Assembly (NCBI GenBank): GCA_035623825.1
Contig: DASPSR010000007.1
Coordinates: forward strand, 128,001-192,000
From: Nitrospirota bacterium
GTDB lineage: Bacteria > Nitrospirota > UBA9217
Reading direction: 5' to 3'
Length of the DNA: 64,000 bases
The notes beneath the pieces were generated by a model. The model was given only the letters and a program-made list of their open reading frames with translations. It searched no databases and was not told the origin of the DNA. This document shows, piece by piece, positions 49,392 through 58,525 of this stretch. Position numbers and translations under genes: made by a program. Each line of letters starts with the position of its first letter. Position 1 is the first letter of the stretch.

Positions 49392-51380
49392 GTGAAAAGG
49401 ACACAGAAGCATACATACTACCTTGCAGCCTGTGTTTCACTCATAACATTTGTGGTCTATCTCTCATCTCTGCATCATGATTTCGTAGAATGGGATGATG
49501 CCCAGTATGTTACTGAAAATCCTCATATCCGCTCACTAAACATGGCCTTTATCAAGTGGGCTTTTTTTGATTTCCATGCAAGCAACTGGCACCCCCTTAC
49601 ATGGATATCTCATGCCGTTGATTATGCCATTTGGGGATTGAACCCATTGGGGCATCATCTGACAAATGTTGTTCTTCACGCCGCTAATACTTTTTTGGTG
49701 GTATTTCTCACAGTAATGCTTGTCAATGCATTGAAGGATACATCAATAAAAAATGGATTATCTGAATTCTTGGATGATCGGACGACACTTATAACTGGAG
49801 GGGTAACCGGGCTCTTGTTCGGTCTTCATCCCTTGCACGTCGAATCAGTGGTTTGGGTAGCGGAGCGGAAAGACGTCCTGTGTGCACTGTTCTTCCTGCT
49901 CAGCATCACCATGTATACGCAATATGCGGTCAGTATATCAAGCAGACCGCCTGAAGGACATCTATCTCCTCGATTTTTCAATAAACGGTATTTAGCTGCA
50001 CTCGCATTCGGCATCCTCGCGGTTCTCAGCAAACCAATGGCGGTTACCATCCCCGTCGTGCTGCTGATTTTAGACTGGTATCCTTTTGAGCGAATTCTGT
50101 CGCTGAAGACACTTCTGGTTGCCCTTGTCGAGAAGCTTCCGTTCATCGCATTGAGTTGTATTTCCTCGGTCCTGACGGTGTTGGCGCAGGGAACGGGAGG
50201 GGCCATCGTGCCCATAGAATCCGTGCCACTATCAGCACGAGTGCTGGTAGGAATAAGGTCCCTTATTTTGTATCTCTGGAAGATGATATGGCCTGTGAAT
50301 TTGATTCCCTTTTACCCATATCCAGCGGACGTATCCCTATCATCATTGGAATATCTATCAGCAACGGCTATGGTGATCGCGATCACGGTGATCTGTGTGG
50401 TGAGCGCTCAAAGGCAGAAATTATGGTTATCGGTCTGGAGCTATTATGTCATAACCCTGGCTCCCGTGCTCGGTATTATTCAGGTGGGAAGACAGGCAAT
50501 GGCAGACAGATATACGTATTTACCGAGCCTGGGACCATTCCTCATTGTGGGTTTAGCCGTCGCATGGACTTGGAGAAAGGTCAATGCCATAACGAGATGG
50601 AATTCGATCAAAAAACCGTTCAGCGCTGCCACCATTTTTGTGCTGATAGCCATGTCATATTTAACCTTGGCACAGATAGGCATTTGGAACAACAGCATTC
50701 GGCTATGGAGCTATGTCATCGGGAAAAATCCAGAGAGAGCCCATCTTGTCTTTTATTTTCGCGGCCTGGCTCTTCTCAATACCGACCAGGCAGACAAAGC
50801 CATCGATGATTTTGACAGAGCGATAGCTTTGGATCCGTATTTTAGTGATGCTTTTTTAAATCGAGGCAATGCTTTCGAAAAAAAAGGCGAGTTTGAGAAA
50901 GCAATCAACAACTTCGATAGGGCAATCGCCTTGAACCCTTCTTATGAAGCCTATTTCAATCGAGGTATCACATTTGAAAAAATGGGACAACTCGACAAAT
51001 CAATCGGGGACTATGACCGGGCAATCGCCTTAAACCCGTCCCGGTATGAAGCTTATCAAGCGGGAGGCACGCTGTATGGCAAGATGGGCTTGTTCGATAA
51101 GGCGATAGAATATTTTAATAGGTATATTGCTATAAATCCAAAGCATTCTGAATCTTACAACAATCGTGGTCTGTGCTACGCATACCTAGGCGAGGATGAT
51201 CGAGCACTACAGGATTTTAATAAAGCAATTGCACTGGATCAAGACTTGGCTGTTACTTATCGTAACCGCGGTAATCTTTATCTGAGAACGGGCAGGAGAG
51301 AACTCGCCTTCCCGGATTTTCAAAAAGCCTGTGATCTCGGGAATGAACCGGCTTGTAACGCATTAAAAGCGATACGGTAG
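49392..51380 (+). CDS. Multi-TM protein with C-terminal TPRs (TMTC-like GT-C glycosyltransferase)
   Basis: EWDDAQYVTENP, NWHPLTW, HPLHVESVVWVAERKD, MADRYTYLP, then several TPR repeats. Confidence 0.82.
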   Translation: MKRTQKHTYYLAACVSLITFVVYLSSLHHDFVEWDDAQYVTENPHIRSLNMAFIKWAFFDFHASNWHPLTWISHAVDYAIWGLNPLGHHLTNVVLHAANTFLVVFLTVMLVNALKDTSIKNGLSEFLDDRTTLITGGVTGLLFGLHPLHVESVVWVAERKDVLCALFFLLSITMYTQYAVSISSRPPEGHLSPRFFNKRYLAALAFGILAVLSKPMAVTIPVVLLILDWYPFERILSLKTLLVALVEKLPFIALSCISSVLTVLAQGTGGAIVPIESVPLSARVLVGIRSLILYLWKMIWPVNLIPFYPYPADVSLSSLEYLSATAMVIAITVICVVSAQRQKLWLSVWSYYVITLAPVLGIIQVGRQAMADRYTYLPSLGPFLIVGLAVAWTWRKVNAITRWNSIKKPFSAATIFVLIAMSYLTLAQIGIWNNSIRLWSYVIGKNPERAHLVFYFRGLALLNTDQADKAIDDFDRAIALDPYFSDAFLNRGNAFEKKGEFEKAINNFDRAIALNPSYEAYFNRGITFEKMGQLDKSIGDYDRAIALNPSRYEAYQAGGTLYGKMGLFDKAIEYFNRYIAINPKHSESYNNRGLCYAYLGEDDRALQDFNKAIALDQDLAVTYRNRGNLYLRTGRRELAFPDFQKACDLGNEPACNALKAIR

Positions 51381-51556
51381 CACAGGTTATGTGAGAATTA
51401 AGAATTGCAAGTCCCGGGGCATTTTTGCACGCCGTTCCTGGGAAATTGCCACGAAGGTGAGTGCTGATTTGTAATACGCAATCCAGCGCGAATCAATAGC
51501 TTCGACGGGTGATAACTGCGAATAAATAGGCAAAACGATAAAGCACCGATCTCTCT

Positions 51557-52741
51557 ATGAAAAAGATTTTGATGATATGTCTTCTTCTCGTCCTCGTGGC
51601 CTGCGCCCGACCCCCGATGCCGGTCACGAAGCCCGAAGATGCGCTTGAGAGAATCTCCTGGTGGCGGGCTGTTGCGCCGCGTGATGACCGGGAGTTCAAG
51701 GATGTCGCCACGGCGGCACATCAAAGCCTGGAGTATTACAAGAAACTGCCTTCCGGGACGAGCTTCTCTTTCGGCCGGGAACAGGTCACCGCACTGGACA
51801 TGGTCGTGACTCTGCAGAACTTTCTCTTGATCGTTGAGAACGATTCGCTCACCGCTGACCAGAAAGTAAGGCAAATAAAGAACGAATTTGTACTCTACCG
51901 TTCGGTTGGTTCGAACGGCAAGGTTCTGTTCACCGGATACTACGAACCGGTGCTCGCGTGCAGGCTGGTTGCCGATGACATATACAAGTATCCTCTTTAC
52001 CGAAGGCCGGATGATATCATCGAGATCGACCTCACCCTGTTCGGAGACAGCTTCCCGAAAGACAAGATATTCGGCAGGCTGGACCATAATAAGGTCATCC
52101 CGTATTACTCGCGCGAAGAGATAGACAAAAAGCAGGTCATCGCGAACAGGGGTTTGGAAATGCTCTGGTGCAACGACCCCGTCGCGATGTATTTCCTCCA
52201 AGTCCAGGGATCAGGCAAGGTGGATCTGGGTGACGGGAACGTTGTGAGTGTGCTGTACGATGGTCAGAACGGCAGGCCTTACAAGAGCATCGGCAAATAT
52301 CTTATCGACGGCGGCTTTATTCTCAAAGAGAACATGTCCATGCAGGCGATCCGCGAATACCTTTACGCCCATCTTGACGATGTCTTTGGGATTTTAAACC
52401 AGAATCCGAGCTATGTTTTCTTCCGCATGGACATGGGGCCGGCGATCGGAAACATCGGCGTGCCGCTCACCCCCGGCCGTTCCATTGCCACGGACAGCAG
52501 GCTCTTCCCCAAAGGTGCCCTCGCACTCATTGCAACCCAAAAGCCGGTTGTCGAGAATGGCGCTATCAAGGCGTGGGTGCCTTTCACGCGGTTCGTACTG
52601 AACCAAGACACGGGCGGAGCCATTAAGGGGCCTGGTAGGGTGGACCTGTTCTGGGGTCAGGGCGAAGAGGCCGAAATAGGGGCGGGGTACATGCAGCAGA
52701 AAGGGGAGTTGTATTTCTTGATGAGGAAAAAATCCCAATAA
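51557..52741 (+). CDS. mltA: Membrane-bound lytic murein transglycosylase A
   Basis: Lipobox LVAC; FTGYYEP, LQVQGSG, NPSYVFF, QDTGGAIKGPGRVDLFWG. Confidence 0.93.
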   Translation: MKKILMICLLLVLVACARPPMPVTKPEDALERISWWRAVAPRDDREFKDVATAAHQSLEYYKKLPSGTSFSFGREQVTALDMVVTLQNFLLIVENDSLTADQKVRQIKNEFVLYRSVGSNGKVLFTGYYEPVLACRLVADDIYKYPLYRRPDDIIEIDLTLFGDSFPKDKIFGRLDHNKVIPYYSREEIDKKQVIANRGLEMLWCNDPVAMYFLQVQGSGKVDLGDGNVVSVLYDGQNGRPYKSIGKYLIDGGFILKENMSMQAIREYLYAHLDDVFGILNQNPSYVFFRMDMGPAIGNIGVPLTPGRSIATDSRLFPKGALALIATQKPVVENGAIKAWVPFTRFVLNQDTGGAIKGPGRVDLFWGQGEEAEIGAGYMQQKGELYFLMRKKSQ

Positions 52742-53008
52742 ATTCTGAACGCTCAGTGCAAAACCACGGAGGACAAAACATTTAAAAAATTATCTATTAG
52801 ATATCGCTGATCAGAGAATCGAATGTGGCGTTCCGTTTCCCTAGTCCATCTTCCAAAAAATTCTTTTGTGAGCTTCTGGTTGTGTCCTCAGGTGGGAGGC
52901 CAAGCGGGCTGTTGGCACCTATATGGGCCCCTCGAGGCGGTACGCATGAATGCCGGGGAACGGGAAAGGAATCCGTCTTGTGTGCGGCGCAGGATTTTTT
53001 CGCTTGCC

Positions 53009-53037
53009 TTGACAATACCGCTCGCTGCACCTACACT
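53009..53037 (+). promoter_or_regulatory. Sigma70 promoter
   Basis: TTGACA-N17-TACACT upstream of SD AAGGAGG. Confidence 0.65.
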
Positions 53038-53068
53038 CTAAATAAAATCTTTCCGAAGGAGGACAGCT

Positions 53069-55516
53069 GTGAACATGAGAGATAGAGAGCTGCCAGCATC
53101 CGAACTCAGGCACGCGACAGACCCCGCCGAATTCCCGTTCCAGACCACCGCCGAGATCTCGCTCAAGGATGAGGTGATCGGCCAAGCACGCGCTGTAAAT
53201 TCCATAGAGTTCGGGCTCTCCATCCATAATCACGGCTATAATATCTTCGTTTCCGGGATCCCCGGCACGGGCAGAAACACAATCGTCAAATCCATTGTAA
53301 AGCGGATTTCCCTCGGACGTCCAGTGCCTGACGACTGGTGCTACATCAATAATTTCAAGGATGCTGACCGGCCGCATGCAGTCAATCTCCCCCCTGGAAA
53401 GGGAAGCGAATTCCGGCACGACGTGGATGCTTTCATCGCGTTCATGCAGAGCGAGATCCCGAAAGTCTTCGAGTCAAAGGAGTACGAGGAGCAGAAGACC
53501 CGCATCGTCGAGGGAGAGGAAAAGGCCAAGGAAGTCCTCTTCGGTGAGGCCGGCCAGCGGGCACTCGGACTCGGGTTCCAGCTTTCGATTACCCGCACGG
53601 GCATTGTAAAAGTCCCTCTGTGGAAGGGCAGGCCGCTCCAGCAGCAAGAGTTGGAAGGTCTTGCGCCCGAGCAGCGGCTCGAGCTCGAGGAACGCGAAAA
53701 GAAAGTGGACGTCGAGATCCGCGATTTCCTAGCCAAGGCCCGACAGCTGGACAAAGAAGCGCACGAGAAGATCCACGAGCTGAACCGCCGCATAGCGCAC
53801 TTCGCCATGGGGCACCAGCTTGAAGATCTCAAGGAAAAGTACGGCGTCAACCAGCGAATTCACGAATATCTCTCCGAGATTGAGGAAGACATCCTGAACA
53901 ACCTGCGCGAATTCCTCGGCCAGACACCGGAACTGCCCATAGCCATTGAGGGAATGGACAAGGTGAGCTTCTTTGAACGCTACAGGGTGAATGTCATCGT
54001 GGACAATTCCGGAACGAGGGGCGGACCCGTGGTGGACGAGGCAAACCCCACGTACAACAATCTTGTGGGCCGTATCGAGCGCAAAGCGCGGTTCGGCGCA
54101 TTCTATACCAACTTCACCATGATACGCTCAGGCTCCGTGCTCCAGGCCAACGGCGGATATCTCGTGCTGAACGCGCTCGATGTGCTCCGGAACCCATTTT
54201 CCTGGGACGCGCTCAAGCGTATCATAAAGAAGAACGAGGTGAAGATCGAGGACGTAGCCGAACTCTACGGCTTCACTACGGGCGGTATCAAACCCGAACC
54301 CATACCGGTTTCTCTCAAGATCATCATGCTTGGAAGCCCGTGGCTTTACTACCTTCTTTATTATTATGATGAGGACTTTCGCGATATCTTCAAGGTCAAG
54401 TCCGACTTCGATACCCAGGTCACGAGCACCCATGACGAAAAGATGCGTTACGCGAACTTTATCGGCAACATGGTGAAGACCGAGAACTTGCTTCCCTTTG
54501 ACCGGAATGCGGTAGCAGCCGTCATAGACTATGCCGTCCGATTGAGCGAGAGAAAAAGTAAGCTTTCCCTCAGGTTCAGCGATCTCACGGACCTGGTGCG
54601 CGAGGCGTCGTATTGGGCGTCGCAGGCACGGAGCACAGTTGTGACCGTTGAACACGTAGACAAGGCGCTAGACGAGAAGGTCTATCGGGCCAATTTGATC
54701 GATGAGCGCATCCAAGAGCTCTTTGCCGACGGAACACTGATGGTTGATGTGACAGGCGCAGTCACAGCGCAGGTGAACGGTCTGTCGGTGTACGATATCG
54801 GGAATTTTTCCTTCGGTAAGCCGTCGCGCATAACGGCCAGGGTATACCTAGGCAAAGGCGGTGTCCTTGATATCGAGCGTGAGGCTAAACTTTCGGGCCG
54901 CATTTACAACAAAGGCGTGCTCATTCTCTCAGGATACCTGGGTGGCGTGTATGCACAGGATAAGCCGCTTTCGCTTTCGGCCAGCTTGGCCTTTGAACAG
55001 AGCTATGGAGAGGTCGAGGGGGACAGCGCCTCGACGGCGGAGCTCGTCGCGCTCATATCGGGTATCGCCGAGGTTCCGGTGAAACAGGGAATTGCTATCA
55101 CGGGCTCAATCAACCAGAAAGGCGAGATCCAACCCATCGGCGGTGTGAACGAAAAAGTCGAGGGATTCTTTGCTGTGTGCAGGAACCGGGGGCTCACTGG
55201 CGAACAGGGCGTTGTTATTCCGAGGATCAATGTAAAGAACCTCATGCTTAAAAAGGGTGTTGTCGAGGCGGTCAGGGAAGGGAAATTCAGGATCTACGCC
55301 GTCTCGACTGTCAACGAGGCGCTCGAAATACTAACCGGTATGCCTGCGGGGGAGAGGGACGACGAAGGAGCCTATCCCGAAGGGTCCGTTAACTTTCTAG
55401 TCGATAAAAAGCTGAAGGAGATGTCAAGAAAGCAGAAAACCGAGGATAAGGGCGAGGAAAAAAAAGAGAAAAAGGAAGAAAACAATGAGATGCCACCCAA
55501 CAAAACGCAGCCATGA
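53069..55516 (+). CDS. Lon-like protease (LonC / AAA_32 type)
   Basis: IGQARA, degenerate Walker A GIPGTGR, ANGGYL, Ser-Lys dyad GDSAS...IGGVNEK. Confidence 0.9.
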   Translation: MNMRDRELPASELRHATDPAEFPFQTTAEISLKDEVIGQARAVNSIEFGLSIHNHGYNIFVSGIPGTGRNTIVKSIVKRISLGRPVPDDWCYINNFKDADRPHAVNLPPGKGSEFRHDVDAFIAFMQSEIPKVFESKEYEEQKTRIVEGEEKAKEVLFGEAGQRALGLGFQLSITRTGIVKVPLWKGRPLQQQELEGLAPEQRLELEEREKKVDVEIRDFLAKARQLDKEAHEKIHELNRRIAHFAMGHQLEDLKEKYGVNQRIHEYLSEIEEDILNNLREFLGQTPELPIAIEGMDKVSFFERYRVNVIVDNSGTRGGPVVDEANPTYNNLVGRIERKARFGAFYTNFTMIRSGSVLQANGGYLVLNALDVLRNPFSWDALKRIIKKNEVKIEDVAELYGFTTGGIKPEPIPVSLKIIMLGSPWLYYLLYYYDEDFRDIFKVKSDFDTQVTSTHDEKMRYANFIGNMVKTENLLPFDRNAVAAVIDYAVRLSERKSKLSLRFSDLTDLVREASYWASQARSTVVTVEHVDKALDEKVYRANLIDERIQELFADGTLMVDVTGAVTAQVNGLSVYDIGNFSFGKPSRITARVYLGKGGVLDIEREAKLSGRIYNKGVLILSGYLGGVYAQDKPLSLSASLAFEQSYGEVEGDSASTAELVALISGIAEVPVKQGIAITGSINQKGEIQPIGGVNEKVEGFFAVCRNRGLTGEQGVVIPRINVKNLMLKKGVVEAVREGKFRIYAVSTVNEALEILTGMPAGERDDEGAYPEGSVNFLVDKKLKEMSRKQKTEDKGEEKKEKKEENNEMPPNKTQP

Positions 55517-55761
55517 TGATCCGTTCTACGACGATATGTGAAATCTGTTACTGGTTCCGTTGCTACGCTTTCGAAAACGTTGCTTTTCAGGTTGTTGAGG
55601 GTAAAAGTTTGTTGTCGACCCGTTTCGTCATTAAAGTTGTTTATGTGGACGGTTCCCTGATCCCGTCGCGAACCGTTCGGGGGCGGGGGGCGGGAGCCGG
55701 CTTCACGAGAGGTTTCAAATGTACGAAAGCTATTAGTGCTTAATCGGAATGACATCATATT

Positions 55762-56370
55762 ATGGGGTGGAACAGATTGCTTTCTAAAGCGTGCATCCAA
55801 TTGCCCGATTGGACCAAGAATATATTAACGACATCCCCTGAGGTGTTCTCGTCAGCCGAAGACCGTCTGCGCTTTGTCATAGCACTTGCGCGTCAGAACG
55901 TGCAGCGTCAAACGGGCGGCCCCTTCGCCGCTGCCGTCTTTGACGAAGGCGGCCACTTGACCGCCCTAGGGGTCAACATGGTCGTCATCTCGAATTGCTC
56001 CGTTCTTCATGCGGAAATTGTGGCGCTGGTTCTCGCTCAAAAGGCCTTAAATAGGTACGACCTCAGCGACGGAGGCAGACTGCACTATGATCTTGTAACC
56101 GCCGCAGAACCCTGCGCCATGTGCTTCGGCGCCATAACCTGGTCTGGCATCCGGCGACTTGTGTGCGGGGCGCGAGACGAGGACGTGCGGGCCATTGGAT
56201 TCGATGAAGGGCCCAAGTTGAATGATTGGGTCGCGGCGCTCAATGGTCGCGGGATAACGGTGGTGCGGGACGTTCTCCGTGAGGAAGCAACGGCAGTACT
56301 TCGAGAATACGTTGCAGCAGGAGGGACAATCTACAATTCCGGTCGTCCAGCTGGGTCATCCTTGAAATGA
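55762..56370 (+). CDS. Nucleoside/guanine deaminase (CDA fold)
   Basis: GGPFAA, HAE, EPCAMC, GFDEGPK. Confidence 0.88.
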   Translation: MGWNRLLSKACIQLPDWTKNILTTSPEVFSSAEDRLRFVIALARQNVQRQTGGPFAAAVFDEGGHLTALGVNMVVISNCSVLHAEIVALVLAQKALNRYDLSDGGRLHYDLVTAAEPCAMCFGAITWSGIRRLVCGARDEDVRAIGFDEGPKLNDWVAALNGRGITVVRDVLREEATAVLREYVAAGGTIYNSGRPAGSSLK

Positions 56371-56758
56371 ATTCATCCTTGATGTTGTCGGTTGACAAAC
56401 AGAGGGTCATCAAAATGTGCCGAGGAAATGCAACGTAATTATCCTCTGCAAAAATACACGCCTCGTGCCAGGGTGATGGCGCTAGGTTGCCTCCCGAAAC
56501 TTGCAGTTGACAATATTCAACAAAATGTTTAGATTACATCACGATGCGGGAGGATCCCAGACGATCTTTAAATCCGGCACATCACGTGAACGTGATCCCG
56601 GAGCCGAGTCGGGAGATCGAAGATTGCGATGGAGACTGGTCCTGCTCACTGTCACACGGTGCACCATGCATTGAGGATACGCAAGCCGGAACTCCTCTTA
56701 AGTGGTGCAGCGCCGGTGAGTGCCGGCTGAATTCCATGATCTCTGAATGGATGGGAGT

Positions 56759-57124
56759 ATGAAGACTATATTGCTGGTAGACGATGATAGCGATATCTTA
56801 AGTTACCTAGAGGACACCTTGAGCATGTTCGGGTATCATGTTATACCGAAACCCGATGCTGGATCTGCTTTGTCAGTCATTCGGGAAGGGACGAAAGTTG
56901 ATCTTGTCGTGACGGATTACTCGATGCCCGGGATGGGGAGTCGTGAATATTTCACTGCGCTCAAACAGGCCTTGCCGACCGTGCCGGTTATCATCCTCAC
57001 TGGGTATGGCTCTGTGGAGAACGATATAAAGTCTCTCGGGCTCTCACTGGTCGAATATGTCAGCAAGCCGGTCGAGTCAAAGGAGCTAGATCGTATCGTA
57101 AAGGCGGTGTTGGACAGAAGATAA
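56759..57124 (+). CDS. Single-domain response regulator
   Basis: ILLVDDD, VTDYSMPGM, ILTGYG, VSKP. Confidence 0.9.
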   Translation: MKTILLVDDDSDILSYLEDTLSMFGYHVIPKPDAGSALSVIREGTKVDLVVTDYSMPGMGSREYFTALKQALPTVPVIILTGYGSVENDIKSLGLSLVEYVSKPVESKELDRIVKAVLDRR

Positions 57125-57210
57125 GAAGCCAAGAATTTTCAGGAAGGATTTGGTTTTCCGTTTCGTCCTAGCAATGTGGATCAGGAAGTGCAGCAATCGT
57201 GCGCTCAACT

Positions 57211-57378
57211 CTACGTTGGCTGGGGATACTCGGTTGGAATCGGCATCCCGCGCGTATAACAGCATTCTCCCCACTCAGTTTCCCGAACCAGAAGATTTTC
57301 TAAGACCAAGCTGGCTTCATAACAGGCTTGGGGCTGAGATACGCTACGATAATCTGCACTAATACCTTCTTTTCTCAT
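57211..57378 (-). CDS. Possible small protein (55 aa)
   Basis: Open frame MRKEGISADYRSV...EWGECCYTRGMPIPTEYPQPT in an otherwise empty gap; weak SD. Confidence 0.25.
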   Translation of the reverse strand: MRKEGISADYRSVSQPQACYEASLVLENLLVRETEWGECCYTRGMPIPTEYPQPT

Positions 57379-57665
57379 GCCGCCTACCCTTTGTATAACC
57401 TCGGAACAAGCTCATCGTTTTTTACATTTGATCCTTAATTTGTTGTTGGTCAAAGGACGTTAAAAACTTGAGAAAATAACACAATATTGTTTGACTTTGT
57501 AATAATATCCATATCCTGTGATTTGAATCACTTTCTTGCAGGTTGTTTCGCTTTTAAAATGGTCTTTCACATACTGCAATGGATTGATCTGCTGCCGGTC
57601 ATTATGAGGCGCAATCCATCAGATTTTTGAGGACTGCGTGATAGATCGTGTTATACGGTGAAGTC

Positions 57666-57697
57666 AAAAAGAATAGGCTCCGGGGATTCCCGGAGCC
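57666..57697 (-). terminator. Intrinsic terminator
   Basis: GGCTCCGGG / CCCGGAGCC stem with a T-rich tail on the minus strand, after the 57733-57993 gene. Confidence 0.7.
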
Positions 57698-57732
57698 GCT
57701 ACAGGTTGATCCATTTCACGGGTATGTTATCT

Positions 57733-57993
57733 TTATTTTGCCTTTACTTCGATGTCCGTTGCCTTCATCTCGTACTGGATAGTGACCTTGGCGCCGACCT
57801 TGAGGTCGCCCTTGACCTTGGTGTTCGCGTCCTTGGCTATTTCCCATTTGTCCTTGCCCTTCTGGACCACGATCATCGTATCCTTGACCTCCAAGACTGG
57901 GCCGGTCACTTGATAGGTCTTGACAGACCCGGCGAATGCTGCTGCTGCCACGATTATTGCTACGACTGCTGCTACGATTGCTGCGCGCTTCAT
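57733..57993 (-). CDS. Small exported beta-rich (OB-fold-like) protein
   Basis: SD AAGGAGG, signal peptide ending AFA, TYQVTGPVLEV...GDLKVGAKVTIQY. Confidence 0.85.
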   Translation of the reverse strand: MKRAAIVAAVVAIIVAAAAFAGSVKTYQVTGPVLEVKDTMIVVQKGKDKWEIAKDANTKVKGDLKVGAKVTIQYEMKATDIEVKAK

Positions 57994-58144
57994 AGAAGAC
58001 CTCCTTGAAGTGAGATGATAACAGCAAAACTATAGCGAATACCATCGCCTCTGTCAAGGGTACAGTAATCCTTTCGGCCTCCTGATGCCGTCCCCGGCGT
58101 TTGCCGCCAAGGACTGAGCCCGACACGCTACGGATGATCTGGCG

Positions 58145-58387
58145 TCATATCCGGCTGCCGATAACATGGGCGCACTTCTGGCAGTGATGCAGAAGGCCTT
58201 CTCGGCCTCTGAAACGGCTGATGCGGCAGAATTGTTCGGCCATCACGCAGATCGTGACGTCCTTGCACATCCGACTCTGTGGCGCGACACCCCCGCGATG
58301 CGACAGAACGGAGCTGAGCAAAATCTGGCGAATAGGATTGTTCCAGGCCGGCCTTGGCTTAAAAGCGCTTTTGACCAAGGTTTTCAC
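58145..58387 (-). CDS. Hypothetical Cys/His-containing protein
   Basis: ORF with CKDVTIC and HHCQKCAH; the overlapping plus-strand ORF reads like an antisense shadow. Confidence 0.3.
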   Translation of the reverse strand: MKTLVKSAFKPRPAWNNPIRQILLSSVLSHRGGVAPQSRMCKDVTICVMAEQFCRISRFRGREGLLHHCQKCAHVIGSRI

Positions 58388-58525
58388 GCATCGGCCATAT
58401 CAAGCTTGCATCAGGGGCGTATGACGACGCAAATCGAATAAAACTTTTCGTTTGATTTTATCTCGGCGTGATGCTATTATTTTCGATACTGCCCAAGAGG
58501 AACGCGGTCGTTCGAGGTTCTCGTT

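Noticed and set aside
35677-52201. Long antisense ORFs such as 35677-36765, 39298-40221 and 51398-52201
   Set aside because: They are shadows of well-supported genes (pcnB, glyA, mltA) on the opposite strand in GC-rich coding DNA.
53240-54190. Degenerate Walker motifs in the Lon-like protein as a novelty
   Set aside because: This is a known property of LonC-type ATP-independent proteases.
55513-55760. ORFs in the gap between lon and the deaminase gene
   Set aside because: Neither strand shows a recognisable motif or SD; possibly a gene remnant, but I cannot support a call.
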